A DNA stretch of 64,000 nucleotides from a bacterium (GTDB lineage: Bacteria; Patescibacteriota; Minisyncoccia; JACQLN01): NCBI GenBank assembly GCA_030697795.1, contig JAUYOV010000004.1, forward strand, positions 144,403 through 208,402, written 5' to 3'. Below are positions 38,438-47,675 of the stretch, one piece after another. Within the stretch, counting starts at the first letter, position 1; each line of letters begins with the position of its first letter. Position numbers and translations under genes: made by a program. A model generated the notes under the pieces. That model did not search any database, had not been told where the DNA came from, and was given only the letters and a program-made list of their open reading frames with translations.

Positions 38438-38461
38438 CCGAGCATACGATCGTATGCTCGG
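38438..38461. repeat. perfect 24-nt palindrome CCGAGCATACGATCGTATGCTCGG
   Basis: Read directly; centre ATACGATCGTAT shared with the palindrome at 50821-50850. Confidence 0.6.
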
Positions 38462-38506
38462 TGTACGTTATTTAAATTTAAAATGCTAACTAAAATGAGA
38501 TCAAAA

Positions 38507-39355
38507 TTAACGATACACCACATCACCCAATTGGTCGTTCCTAAAAACTTTAACTCCAAACTTATTTAACCTATCCAACACTAACGGCGTGGGGTGACCA
38601 TACGAATTTTTACCAACTTGTATAATAGCTTCTTCGGGTTTGGTAATTTTTAATAAAGCTTCCGATGTAGAAGTTTTAGAACCATGATGCCCTATCTTTA
38701 GGACGTCTACATCTGAAACTATATTTGACTTGATTAATTCTTTTTCTAAAACTTCATCCATATCGCCTGTTAACAAAAACTTTTTGTGGCCCAAGTTTAA
38801 TTCACTAACAATCATAGATTCATGTATGCCTTTAAAATTTACACCGAGAGTCTCTTTGACCGGCGCCAAAATGTGCAAAATCAGATTTTGCACATTTTTG
38901 TCCAACACCTGGTGTTGGACAAAGCTTACTGTATCGCCAGCTTGGGCTAAATATATTTTAGAACCTTCCAGTTTTAAGACTGCCAAAAAATCAGCGTAAA
39001 CCTTACTTTCATAATTAGCGCCCGCCAACATAAAATTTTTAACATTATAATCTTTTAAAATAGATACTAAACCACGCAAGTGATCGGCGTGGGGGTGGGA
39101 CAAAATAACAAGTTCTATGTCTTTGTCGTAAAAAGGCATATAGCGCGAAATCTTGGCCGAAACACCGGCCGACGGCCCGCCATCTATTAAAATTTGAATA
39201 TCACTTGGTAAAACTATTAACTGGCTATCGCCCTGGCCCACATCTAAAAAAATAACTTGAGCTTTTTGATTTTCTTTTTCCAAAACAAACCAAAAAATTA
39301 AAACTGTAAGAAAAATTAATATGCCTAAAACAAAACTTTTAGTTAAGTGGATCAT
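38507..39355 (-). CDS. comEC: ComEC/Rec2 C-terminal metallo-beta-lactamase domain protein
   Basis: ILSHPHADHLRGL MBL motif; N-terminal TM helix; 282 aa. Confidence 0.7.
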   Translation of the reverse strand: MIHLTKSFVLGILIFLTVLIFWFVLEKENQKAQVIFLDVGQGDSQLIVLPSDIQILIDGGPSAGVSAKISRYMPFYDKDIELVILSHPHADHLRGLVSILKDYNVKNFMLAGANYESKVYADFLAVLKLEGSKIYLAQAGDTVSFVQHQVLDKNVQNLILHILAPVKETLGVNFKGIHESMIVSELNLGHKKFLLTGDMDEVLEKELIKSNIVSDVDVLKIGHHGSKTSTSEALLKITKPEEAIIQVGKNSYGHPTPLVLDRLNKFGVKVFRNDQLGDVVYR

Positions 39356-40511
39356 TATAGCCGTGATTTTCTAAATACTTCCAAAACAAATAAAGAAAGG
39401 GATAAAAAATTAAAATGGCTAAGCCCGATTTTCCCATATTAACACTCGCCCAAGAAAACGAAGCAAAAAATTCTACAATCTTTATATTTACTTTTAAAAT
39501 AAGCCAAACCGGCCATAAAAATATTTGCGCTAAATAGCTAGACCAAAAAACTGTTACAAATCCTAAACCTAAAAACATTATAGGGTTAAGCAGGGGCACC
39601 ACAAAAATATTGGCTATGGGGCTTATAACCGAAAGTGTACCAAAGTTATATAAAATAATAGGCCAAGTGGTTGTTTGCGCTGCCATAGAAAGCACAACAA
39701 GTTCGCGCGCTGGTTTTGTGGGGACCCAAAATAAAACCCTTGCCCAAAAATTTTTAAAATAAATTATGCCAATAACCGCCAAAAAAGAAAGCTGAAACCC
39801 AATACTAAAAACTAAAAGCTTGGGGTTTAACGCCACCATAAAAAATGCGGCCAACATTATGGGCCGCCAAGCCTGCACCAACCTGCCCTTATTTTTGGCC
39901 CAAAGTAAAAGTATACCCATAATACCCGCCCGCACTGCCGAAGCTGGCGCACCCACTAAAAATATAAACATAATTACGGCAATAACTGCCACATAAAAAG
40001 CTTGCTTGCGCCACAAACCTAACCAAAGCCCAAAACTCATTAGCATTAAGGCAATTATAGAAATATTCATTCCGGAAATCGCTAAAACATGCCGCGTACC
40101 GGTTATGTTAAAGTCTTCTTTAATTTTTTGAGCCACATCTTTTTCGTAGCCAAAAACCATAGCGTTAAAAAGTGAGGCTTCGTTTTGGGGCAAAATAGAT
40201 TTGGTGCGTTTGACTAAATATTCACGCGAGGTGTGCCAAAAAGTTTTTTCTTCTTTGGAAAAATCCTCATGGTAAGTCCCTGCCCGAAAAAAACCCAGAG
40301 CGCAAGAAAGTAAAAGAATGAAAAATAAAAACGATCTACCGGACCCGCCCCAAATTTCAAAAATAGAAAAAATTACAGCTATTAAAATTAAAATAAAAAA
40401 GAGCCAAAAAGAAAAACCGACAATTGATTGAAATAGCACGCCCATTAAAAACCCAAAACACATTCCAATTAATGCCCTTGATGATTTCATTACTTTAAAG
40501 TATACTCGCAA
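39339..40511 (-). CDS. comEC: ComEC/Rec2 N-terminal membrane (competence channel) domain protein
   Basis: 390 aa polytopic; HVLAISGMNISIIALMLMS…SAVRAGIMGILLL competence-domain blocks; overlaps the downstream ORF by 17 nt. Confidence 0.7.
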   Translation of the reverse strand: MRVYFKVMKSSRALIGMCFGFLMGVLFQSIVGFSFWLFFILILIAVIFSIFEIWGGSGRSFLFFILLLSCALGFFRAGTYHEDFSKEEKTFWHTSREYLVKRTKSILPQNEASLFNAMVFGYEKDVAQKIKEDFNITGTRHVLAISGMNISIIALMLMSFGLWLGLWRKQAFYVAVIAVIMFIFLVGAPASAVRAGIMGILLLWAKNKGRLVQAWRPIMLAAFFMVALNPKLLVFSIGFQLSFLAVIGIIYFKNFWARVLFWVPTKPARELVVLSMAAQTTTWPIILYNFGTLSVISPIANIFVVPLLNPIMFLGLGFVTVFWSSYLAQIFLWPVWLILKVNIKIVEFFASFSWASVNMGKSGLAILIFYPFLYLFWKYLENHGYNDPLN

Positions 40512-40683
40512 AAGCTATATCAAGTTAAATTTCTAAATCCCAATTTCTAATTTCTAAACAAATCTCAATGTCTAAATTCCAAACTGTTTAATTGTTGCTT
40601 ATAATTTAGAATTTGTTTAGGATTTAGTGCTTAGGATTTGATTGGTTATTAGTAATTAGAAATTAGTCATTTTTTACCAAAAT

Positions 40684-41247
40684 ATGCTATCAATGAATGA
40701 TCTAAGGCCCGGTGTTTTGATAGATTTGGAGGGCGAACCCTACCAAGTTTTGGAGTCTAACTTTAATAAAGTAGCTCAACGTAGGCCAGTTATGCAAACC
40801 AAAATCCGTAATGTAATTACGGGCAAGGTTCGCGCCGAAACTTTCCAACAGTCCGACAGTATCAAAGAAGCCGAAATTGAGCGCTTAAAATCTAAATTTA
40901 CTTACCGCACCAAAAATGAATTCTTTTTTCAAACCGAGGACGCAGGAAAAATGGGATTCACCGAAGAAATTTTAGGCGACAAAATAAATTACTTAAAAAA
41001 AGATACGCCGGTGGATATTTTTGTATTTAAAGGTAAGCCAATTTCTTTGGAACTACCCATTAAAGTTATTTTAGAAGTTAAAGATGCTCCGCCAGCCACC
41101 CGAGGCGACACGGTGCAAGGCGCGCTAAAAGACGCCGTTTTAGAAACCGGCGCCGAAATAAAAGTTCCGTTGTTTATTGAAGCTGGAGAAAAAATAGAGG
41201 TAGATACTAGAACCGGCACTTACGTTCGTCGAGCCCAAGAAGCGTAG
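40684..41247 (+). CDS. efp: elongation factor P
   Basis: 187 aa; LRPGVLIDLEGEPYQVLE…KPISLELPIKVILEVKDAPPATRGDT. Confidence 0.85.
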   Translation: MLSMNDLRPGVLIDLEGEPYQVLESNFNKVAQRRPVMQTKIRNVITGKVRAETFQQSDSIKEAEIERLKSKFTYRTKNEFFFQTEDAGKMGFTEEILGDKINYLKKDTPVDIFVFKGKPISLELPIKVILEVKDAPPATRGDTVQGALKDAVLETGAEIKVPLFIEAGEKIEVDTRTGTYVRRAQEA

Positions 41248-41272
41248 CACAAAAATTTATATAAAATATGCG

Positions 41273-41310
41273 AAGTCCGCCGTAGCATTGCTAAGGGCGG
41301 ACTTTTGAAT
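41273..41310 (+). terminator. intrinsic terminator after efp
   Basis: AAGTCCGCCgtagcattgctaagGGCGGACTTTT. Confidence 0.7.
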
Positions 41311-41374
41311 ATCGATCAAGAGTTAAAACTTTATATTGTATATAAGTTTATAAAGAGATGCGGAGGCGGAAAAA

Positions 41375-41464
41375 CTAAAAACCATTTTTTGAAGCCATAG
41401 CCAAAGCAATTAAAAGAGAAAGCACTAACCCCACCATAAAGCCAATTAATAAGCCAGTAAGCAT
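41375..41464 (-). CDS. small hydrophobic peptide (29 aa), 1 nt after the previous stop
   Basis: MLTGLLIGFMVGLVLSLLIALAMASKNGF; paralogous to the preceding peptide. Confidence 0.25.
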   Translation of the reverse strand: MLTGLLIGFMVGLVLSLLIALAMASKNGF

Positions 41465-41465
41465 T

Positions 41466-41582
41466 TTATTGTTTTCCAGAAAAAAACTTTGTAATTTCCT
41501 CCCAATTTGCAGACGAAATTACGGCGATTGTTCCGCCTAGAAAAAGACCTGCCAAAAAACCAATTATTAGACCTATAACCAT
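41466..41582 (-). CDS. small hydrophobic peptide (38 aa)
   Basis: MVIGLIIGFLAGLFLGGTIAVISSANWEEITKFFSGKQ; no strong SD. Confidence 0.3.
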   Translation of the reverse strand: MVIGLIIGFLAGLFLGGTIAVISSANWEEITKFFSGKQ

Positions 41583-41713
41583 AACATCTTAAATAAATAC
41601 TAAACCCTAAGCACTAAATCCTAAACAAATTCTAAATCACAAGTGAAAATTATAAAATTTGGGATTTAGACGTTGGGATTTGTTTAGAAATTAGAATTTA
41701 GAGCTTATAATTT

Positions 41714-42241
41714 TTAGTATTCCATACCTTTTCGAGCTGAAACCCCCTTATTAAAAGGATGTTTTATTTCTTTAACTTCCGAAACCAAGTCTGCTAAATC
41801 TATAAGCTTAGCGTGAGCATCGCGCCCTGTAACCATAATATTAACAATTCCACGGTATTTTTTCAAAAAAGAAAACACCGGGCTTATTTTTAGCAAGCTT
41901 AATTTTATAGCTACGTTAATTTCGTCTAAAACCACCAACTGATATTTTTTAGATTCTATAGCTTTTTTGGCTATAGCCCAAGTTTCTTCGGCAGCCTTAA
42001 TGTGTACCGAGCGCGGATAAGGGTCGCCTAAAATTCCAACAAAACCTTTTCCGCCTTTTATAATCTGGAAAGTAGAAGGTGGAATATTGAAGGTGGTTGA
42101 TAATTTATCTTCTCCAGAAACCCAAGGTCCTTTTATAAACTGATACATTATGGCTCGGCCACCCTCGCCCACCACACGCAAAGCCTGTCCGAGAGCGCTA
42201 GTAGTCTTACCCTTACCGTTTCCTGTTACAACAATTAGCAT
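41714..42241 (-). CDS. cobO: cob(I)alamin adenosyltransferase (CobO/BtuR type)
   Basis: MLIVVTGNGKGKTTSALGQALR P-loop; 175 aa. Confidence 0.75.
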   Translation of the reverse strand: MLIVVTGNGKGKTTSALGQALRVVGEGGRAIMYQFIKGPWVSGEDKLSTTFNIPPSTFQIIKGGKGFVGILGDPYPRSVHIKAAEETWAIAKKAIESKKYQLVVLDEINVAIKLSLLKISPVFSFLKKYRGIVNIMVTGRDAHAKLIDLADLVSEVKEIKHPFNKGVSARKGMEY

Positions 42242-42465
42242 GCCAAATTTATCTAAGAGCGAAGCGATTAGTTATTAAATTTGAGCACCCAGCTACCTTT
42301 TTACCTTAAAAAGGTAGCTGGGTAAGGTTTTGTTACCACTCGGTAACCCGAGCGGTGTTTTTATTCGCTAGTTTTGATTTTTGCTTGCCCCTCGTAGCTT
42401 TACCTTGTCCTTCCGAAGCCTTGCGCGAAGGAGGAGCGAAGTGGGGAGATTTTATTTTTGATTTT

Positions 42466-45318
42466 CTAAGAGCACCCCCCATTGGCCTCCCCGCACTGCC
42501 GGCAGGTTAAACAAGTGCCCGTGCGAATCATCATGCCGCCACAAAGCTTGCAAACTGTACCGGCATAAATTACACCAACCGATTTTTTTACGGCTATAGG
42601 TTCGCTTGCTAGTTTTGCTTGCCCCGAGCCATGTCGAGGGACCTCCACCACCACCGTTTCTTTACTAGCTAAACTTTCCATAATTAAACTGTTCCCTTCT
42701 GTGGGTGTTCCGATTTTCGGTAAATGAGTTTCTATTCTATTGGTCGAATCCAAACCAAATTCAGCTAAATCATCGGCCGGTAAAAATCTCAAAGCCAAAT
42801 ATTTAAAAATATAATCGGTGATGGAACTAGCTACTGGAATATTTTGGTTTTCGGTAAAACCCATCGGTTCGTAACGCCCGTGTATAAACTGATGACACAA
42901 TTTTTTTAAGGGCACGCCGTGTTGCAAGGCCATAGAAACAGAAATGGCAAATGTATCTAATAAACCGGCCAAGGTTGAACCTTGCTTGGCAATACGAATA
43001 AATATTTCGGCTAAAGTACTGTCATCGTAAATACTGTGCGTTAAAAAACCTTGATGCCCCGCGATAGTAAATTTATGCGTTTCCGAACTGCGAATGGATG
43101 GCAGCTTCCGCTGTTGGGGCGCAATATTTAAAGTTAATTGGGCTTTGGTTTCTCCGCCAGCTGGCAGACTTTTTGTTTTTTTGGTAGATAAAGGTTGCGC
43201 GGCTTTGCAACCATCGCGATACACTGCAAAAGCTTTTAAGCCCAGTTTCCAACCCATCATATAGGCGTCTTGAATTTCTTCTACGGTAGTTTCTTCAGAC
43301 ATATTGAAAGTTTTAGAAATTGCGCCAGAAATAAATGGCTGAACCGCCGCTACCATTTTAACGTGACCCTGCCAATGGATGGATCTGGTACCGGCTTGTG
43401 GCCTAACCGCGCAATCAAAAATAGCTAAATGTTCTTCTTTAAAACTTGGCGCGCCTTCCACCACGCCCCTATCTTCTATATATTTCATTATTTCTTTACT
43501 TTGATTTAAAGAATAGCCAAGTTTTTTTAAGGCGAAAGGAATGGTATCGGCCACAAATTTCATATAACCGCCGCCCACCAGCTGTTTATAAACCAAAGGC
43601 GCAAACAGAGGCTCCACACCCGTGCAAGCGCAATCCATCATTAAAGCAATCGTGCCGGTGGGCGCAATAACTGTAACTTGAGAATTTCTAACGCCGTATT
43701 TTTTGGCTAAATTGTAGGCCTCAACCCAAGTCTCGCCCGCAGATTTTAAAAGTTTTTTATCATCAAGCGCTTTTACACTTATTTCTTTTACTTTATCGCG
43801 ATGCATACCGATAACTTTTAACTGCGGTTCTTTGTTTACCTCATAGCCATTATGCGCGCCTATTTTTGAAGCTATAACCGCAGATAGCTTGTAAGCTTCA
43901 CCGCTCATAAGCGCGGTGATGGCACCCGCCCAAGCGCGAGCCGCATCGGAATCGTAAGCCAAAGCTTTAGCCATTAAGAGTCCGCCCAAGTTTGTAAAAC
44001 CTAAACCCAACTCTCTAAAATCGTGGGCGACTTGTTCAATTTTAGGTGTGGGATACGAAGAATGCCCCACAATAATTTCTTGAGCCAAAATCATAATATC
44101 CACCGCCTGAACAAAATCCTTCACTTTAAACATTCCATCTTTATCCAAAAAATGAATTAAATTTATAGACGACAAATTACAGGCCGAATTATCTAGGTGC
44201 ATATACTCACTGCAAGGATTGCAGCCATTGATCGGCCCCGTGTTAGAAGATGTATGCCACCTGTCTATGGTGGTTTTGTAATGCACACCGGGATCGGCAC
44301 ATTCCCAAGCGGCTTGCGATATTTCATGCATAAGTTCGCGGGCTTGGTAGGTATCGGCCACTTTTCCTGTTTTAATAAATTTAGTCTGCCATTCTTTATC
44401 TTCCTCTACTGCTTTTAAAAATTCGTCAGAAAGCCGAACAGAGTTGTTAGCATTTTGATATTGAATAGACGCCCAAGCTGGCTCGTTTAAGTTCTGCATA
44501 TTATAACCGGTAGTAATAAACGCCCGAACTTTTTTTTCTTCCTCGGCTTTACAACGGATAAATTCCATTACATCGGGGTGATCTATATTTAACAAAACCA
44601 TTTTGGCGGCGCGCCTGGTAGCTCCGCCCGATTTAATCATACCAGCCACCGAATCTGCTCCGCGCATAAACGAAACCGGTCCCGAAGAAAAACCGCCATG
44701 AGACAATGGTTCTCGGGAAGATCTTAATGCTGATAAATTTATGCCCGCCCCCGATCCGCCTTTAAAAATTCTGGCTTCGGTGGAAATCCAATCCATAATG
44801 GATTCCATATTGTCATCTACGCTTAAAATAAAGCAGGCCGAACATTGCGGTTTTTCTTTTATGCCGACGTTAAACCAAACTGGGCTATTAAAAGCCGCTT
44901 TTTGGTAAACCAATAAATGAGTTAATTCATTTTCAAAAGTTTTAGCTTCGTTTTTGGTATTAAAATAGCCGGACTTTTCTCCCCATGCGGTAATATTTTT
45001 TACCACGCGGTTTATCATTTGCTTAACCGAAGTTTCACGTTTGTCGCCCGAACCGCGAAAATATTTAGAACCAGCAATGCTAGCCGCGTTATGCGACCAA
45101 AATTTGGGAAACTCTAAATTTTTGGCATCCACCAATGTGCCCTGCGGGCCAGATATTTTTATATCCCGCTTCTCCCACTTAAATTCATCGTAGGGATGAA
45201 CACTGGGTTTAGTAAAATATCGTTTAACCAAAGATATTTTGGAATCACCCTTAATACGATTAACTAGTGAATCACGTTTGACGTGATTGACGCGATTGGC
45301 CACAGCAGAATTTCTCAT
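42466..45318 (-). CDS. nrdJ: adenosylcobalamin-dependent (class II) ribonucleotide reductase
   Basis: 950 aa; RNR catalytic core blocks; C-terminal zinc ribbon CKLCGGMMIRTGTCLTCRQCG. Confidence 0.85.
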   Translation of the reverse strand: MRNSAVANRVNHVKRDSLVNRIKGDSKISLVKRYFTKPSVHPYDEFKWEKRDIKISGPQGTLVDAKNLEFPKFWSHNAASIAGSKYFRGSGDKRETSVKQMINRVVKNITAWGEKSGYFNTKNEAKTFENELTHLLVYQKAAFNSPVWFNVGIKEKPQCSACFILSVDDNMESIMDWISTEARIFKGGSGAGINLSALRSSREPLSHGGFSSGPVSFMRGADSVAGMIKSGGATRRAAKMVLLNIDHPDVMEFIRCKAEEEKKVRAFITTGYNMQNLNEPAWASIQYQNANNSVRLSDEFLKAVEEDKEWQTKFIKTGKVADTYQARELMHEISQAAWECADPGVHYKTTIDRWHTSSNTGPINGCNPCSEYMHLDNSACNLSSINLIHFLDKDGMFKVKDFVQAVDIMILAQEIIVGHSSYPTPKIEQVAHDFRELGLGFTNLGGLLMAKALAYDSDAARAWAGAITALMSGEAYKLSAVIASKIGAHNGYEVNKEPQLKVIGMHRDKVKEISVKALDDKKLLKSAGETWVEAYNLAKKYGVRNSQVTVIAPTGTIALMMDCACTGVEPLFAPLVYKQLVGGGYMKFVADTIPFALKKLGYSLNQSKEIMKYIEDRGVVEGAPSFKEEHLAIFDCAVRPQAGTRSIHWQGHVKMVAAVQPFISGAISKTFNMSEETTVEEIQDAYMMGWKLGLKAFAVYRDGCKAAQPLSTKKTKSLPAGGETKAQLTLNIAPQQRKLPSIRSSETHKFTIAGHQGFLTHSIYDDSTLAEIFIRIAKQGSTLAGLLDTFAISVSMALQHGVPLKKLCHQFIHGRYEPMGFTENQNIPVASSITDYIFKYLALRFLPADDLAEFGLDSTNRIETHLPKIGTPTEGNSLIMESLASKETVVVEVPRHGSGQAKLASEPIAVKKSVGVIYAGTVCKLCGGMMIRTGTCLTCRQCGEANGGCS

Positions 45319-45644
45319 ATTTTTTATGAGATTCGTTAGTCTGCAACCAGAAACACCTTATTAAGGATTGAACCTTGAATCAAAAAATCTCCAGACGACC
45401 AAAACAACCAGAGATTTTTAAACTCAAAGACCAATTGCAAAAAATCCGAACCGCATTTAATTACTTAATTACTAAATTACTAAATTACTTTCTTATTTTA
45501 CACCTATAACTTTTAAAAGAGAAAAAACGATCTTATCCACAACGTCTAACGTTGTTTCACAGATAAAAGACCTGTTTGACAATAGATAACCATAGTTGCT
45601 TTAATTTATAGAGTTCCTTTATAAATCCTAAAAGGAGAAGGCGT

Positions 45645-45875
45645 ATGCAAAAAAGAGATTATGTAACAAGGATTACTCTGATTCCCATTTTTGCCATAGG
45701 ATTTTTTGCAGGCCTTGAAGCCTATGCCCTATGCTTTGCGCTTTGGATTATCATCAACGGCACACTAAGAACTCCCAACACTTATTTAGAGGAGGATGAT
45801 TCATACCGAGAAATAAACTTTGTAGGGATGCAAACGAAAGAATCGAGTGAAGAGCTCATCACTTTATCGGTTTAA
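45645..45875 (+). CDS. small membrane protein (76 aa)
   Basis: AAAGGAGAAGG SD; TM segment ITLIPIFAIGFFAGLEAYALCFALWIII. Confidence 0.45.
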   Translation: MQKRDYVTRITLIPIFAIGFFAGLEAYALCFALWIIINGTLRTPNTYLEEDDSYREINFVGMQTKESSEELITLSV

Positions 45876-45945
45876 CCATTTCTATCGAAATGAGACTTCA
45901 ATAGATTAGTGATCTACAAAACAAACCTCTAAAAAGGAGTCTAAA

Positions 45946-46161
45946 ATGAACAATGGCAGGAAGGACGAATGGTACTTTCTTTTCCTACTAATAGCCGCCT
46001 TTTTTGTTGGTCCGATAATATGTCCCATCGGATCATACAAGTATTACCTAGCAGTACTTATGGGAATTGCCATAGGTAGAGTAATTGAAATACTAAGTGA
46101 AGTTATAAAAGAGTTTAGAAAAAGTAGTTCCATACTCGACTTCATAAAAACTGTCTTCTAA
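45946..46161 (+). CDS. small membrane protein (71 aa)
   Basis: AAAAGGAG SD; two TM segments; followed by a terminator. Confidence 0.45.
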   Translation: MNNGRKDEWYFLFLLIAAFFVGPIICPIGSYKYYLAVLMGIAIGRVIEILSEVIKEFRKSSSILDFIKTVF

Positions 46162-46169
46162 AAAACAAA

Positions 46170-46200
46170 CCCGCCCCGATAATATCGGGGCGGTATTTTA
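46170..46200 (+). terminator. intrinsic terminator
   Basis: AACCCGCCCCGATaatATCGGGGCGGTATTTTATTT. Confidence 0.7.
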
Positions 46201-46210
46201 TTTATACAAT

Positions 46211-46242
46211 AGCACGAGAACTGCGATCGCAGTTCTCGTGCT
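46211..46242. repeat. perfect 32-nt palindrome AGCACGAGAACTGCGATCGCAGTTCTCGTGCT (REP-like family)
   Basis: Read directly; arms shared with 50821-50850. Confidence 0.65.
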
Positions 46243-46345
46243 AAATTACTTAATTACTAATTACTTCACCCCCACAAACTCGCCCCGAGATAATTGAATA
46301 GCAAGACGATGTGGGGTTCATTCGCCCACGACGCAACGTCGGGAC

Positions 46346-47524
46346 TCACTTCATCTTCCTCCTAATAAACGCTGGCACCACAAACTCGTCGTCGTTTTCG
46401 TCTTCTTCATTCACCGAAGAAACTTGGGCCTCAAAAGCTTTGCCTGGTGGCTTGGCGGTTTTTAAAACAATATTTTCTTCGCTACTATCGTCTCTTCTGG
46501 GTACGTAAGATTCTCTAGCTTTAAGAAAAGATGAGGCATCGTTTAATAGGGATTTAGCTTCGGAAACTTCTGTATTAAAACCTGTAGCCACTACCGTAAC
46601 TTTAATTTCACCTTTCTTTAGTTTATCGTCTAGCACCGCGCCAAAAATTACTTTAGCGTCGCGGTCTATGGATTCAGTAATAATTTGAGCGGCTTCGTTG
46701 ACTTCGCTCATACTTAAATCAGCCCCACCAGAAATATTAAACAACACACCCTTAGCCCCATTTATAGAAACCTCTAACAAGGGCGAGTTAATAGCCGCCC
46801 TCGCCGCTTCTTGAGCCCTGTCATCACCCGTAGCGCGACCTATGCCCATTAAAGCCGAGCCCGCATCTTTCATAATAGCTTTAACATCCGCAAAGTCCAC
46901 GTTAACAATACCAGGCATGGTAATTAAATCGGAGATGCCCTGGACCGCTTGGCGCAAAACATCATCTACAATTTCGAACGAACTTACCAGCGAAGTTTTT
47001 CTATCGATAATCGTAAGCAACCTATCGTTAGGAATAACAATTATCGTATCCACTCTTTCTTTTAATTCTTCTATGCCAGTTTCGGCGATGCGATTTCTTT
47101 GCAAACCCTCAAAAGAAAATGGTCTGGTAATAACAGCCACAGTTAAAGCGCCCGATTCCTTGGCGGCTTCCGCCACTATGGGCGCCGCACCTGTGCCGGT
47201 ACCGCCACCCATACCGCAAGTTATAAAAACCATATCGGAACCGCGAATGGCCTCTTCTATATCTTCTCGGCTTTCTTCGGCAGCTTGCCGGCCAATATCA
47301 GGGTTCATACCCGCGCCCAAACCGCGCGTGGTATTTTTGCCAATATGAATTTTGCGAGGCGCCAAACAATGATGCAAAGCTTGAGCATCGGTATTAACCG
47401 CCACAAAATCCACGCCTTGAATACGGCTCGCCATCATGCGGTGTATAGCCGAACCGCCCGAACCGCCCACGCCCACCACTCTTATTCGGGCAAATGTTTC
47501 TACATCGGGTTTAACTTGAGGCAT
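46346..47524 (-). CDS. ftsZ: cell division protein FtsZ
   Basis: [13 protein letters not shown]; [14 protein letters not shown] tubulin signature. Confidence 0.95.
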   Translation of the reverse strand: MPQVKPDVETFARIRVVGVGGSGGSAIHRMMASRIQGVDFVAVNTDAQALHHCLAPRKIHIGKNTTRGLGAGMNPDIGRQAAEESREDIEEAIRGSDMVFITCGMGGGTGTGAAPIVAEAAKESGALTVAVITRPFSFEGLQRNRIAETGIEELKERVDTIIVIPNDRLLTIIDRKTSLVSSFEIVDDVLRQAVQGISDLITMPGIVNVDFADVKAIMKDAGSALMGIGRATGDDRAQEAARAAINSPLLEVSINGAKGVLFNISGGADLSMSEVNEAAQIITESIDRDAKVIFGAVLDDKLKKGEIKVTVVATGFNTEVSEAKSLLNDASSFLKARESYVPRRDDSSEENIVLKTAKPPGKAFEAQVSSVNEEDENDDEFVVPAFIRRKMK

Positions 47525-47675
47525 ACCTTGAAAATTTCTAAATTCTAAGCTCTAATTTCTAAAAACCAACAACTAATAACTAAAAACTGTTTTATGGATT
47601 ATAGCGCCCTTTCATAAAAGAGCAATAGCCAAAATAAAAAGAGGGTTACCATTTGGCAACCCTCAAAAATTCTTT

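Noticed and set aside
42242-42465. Cobalamin riboswitch between nrdJ and cobO
   Set aside because: No B12-box (…GCCACTG…) or the usual conserved core seen on either strand.
46842-47348. 168-aa plus-strand ORF inside ftsZ
   Set aside because: Antisense to a textbook FtsZ; spurious.
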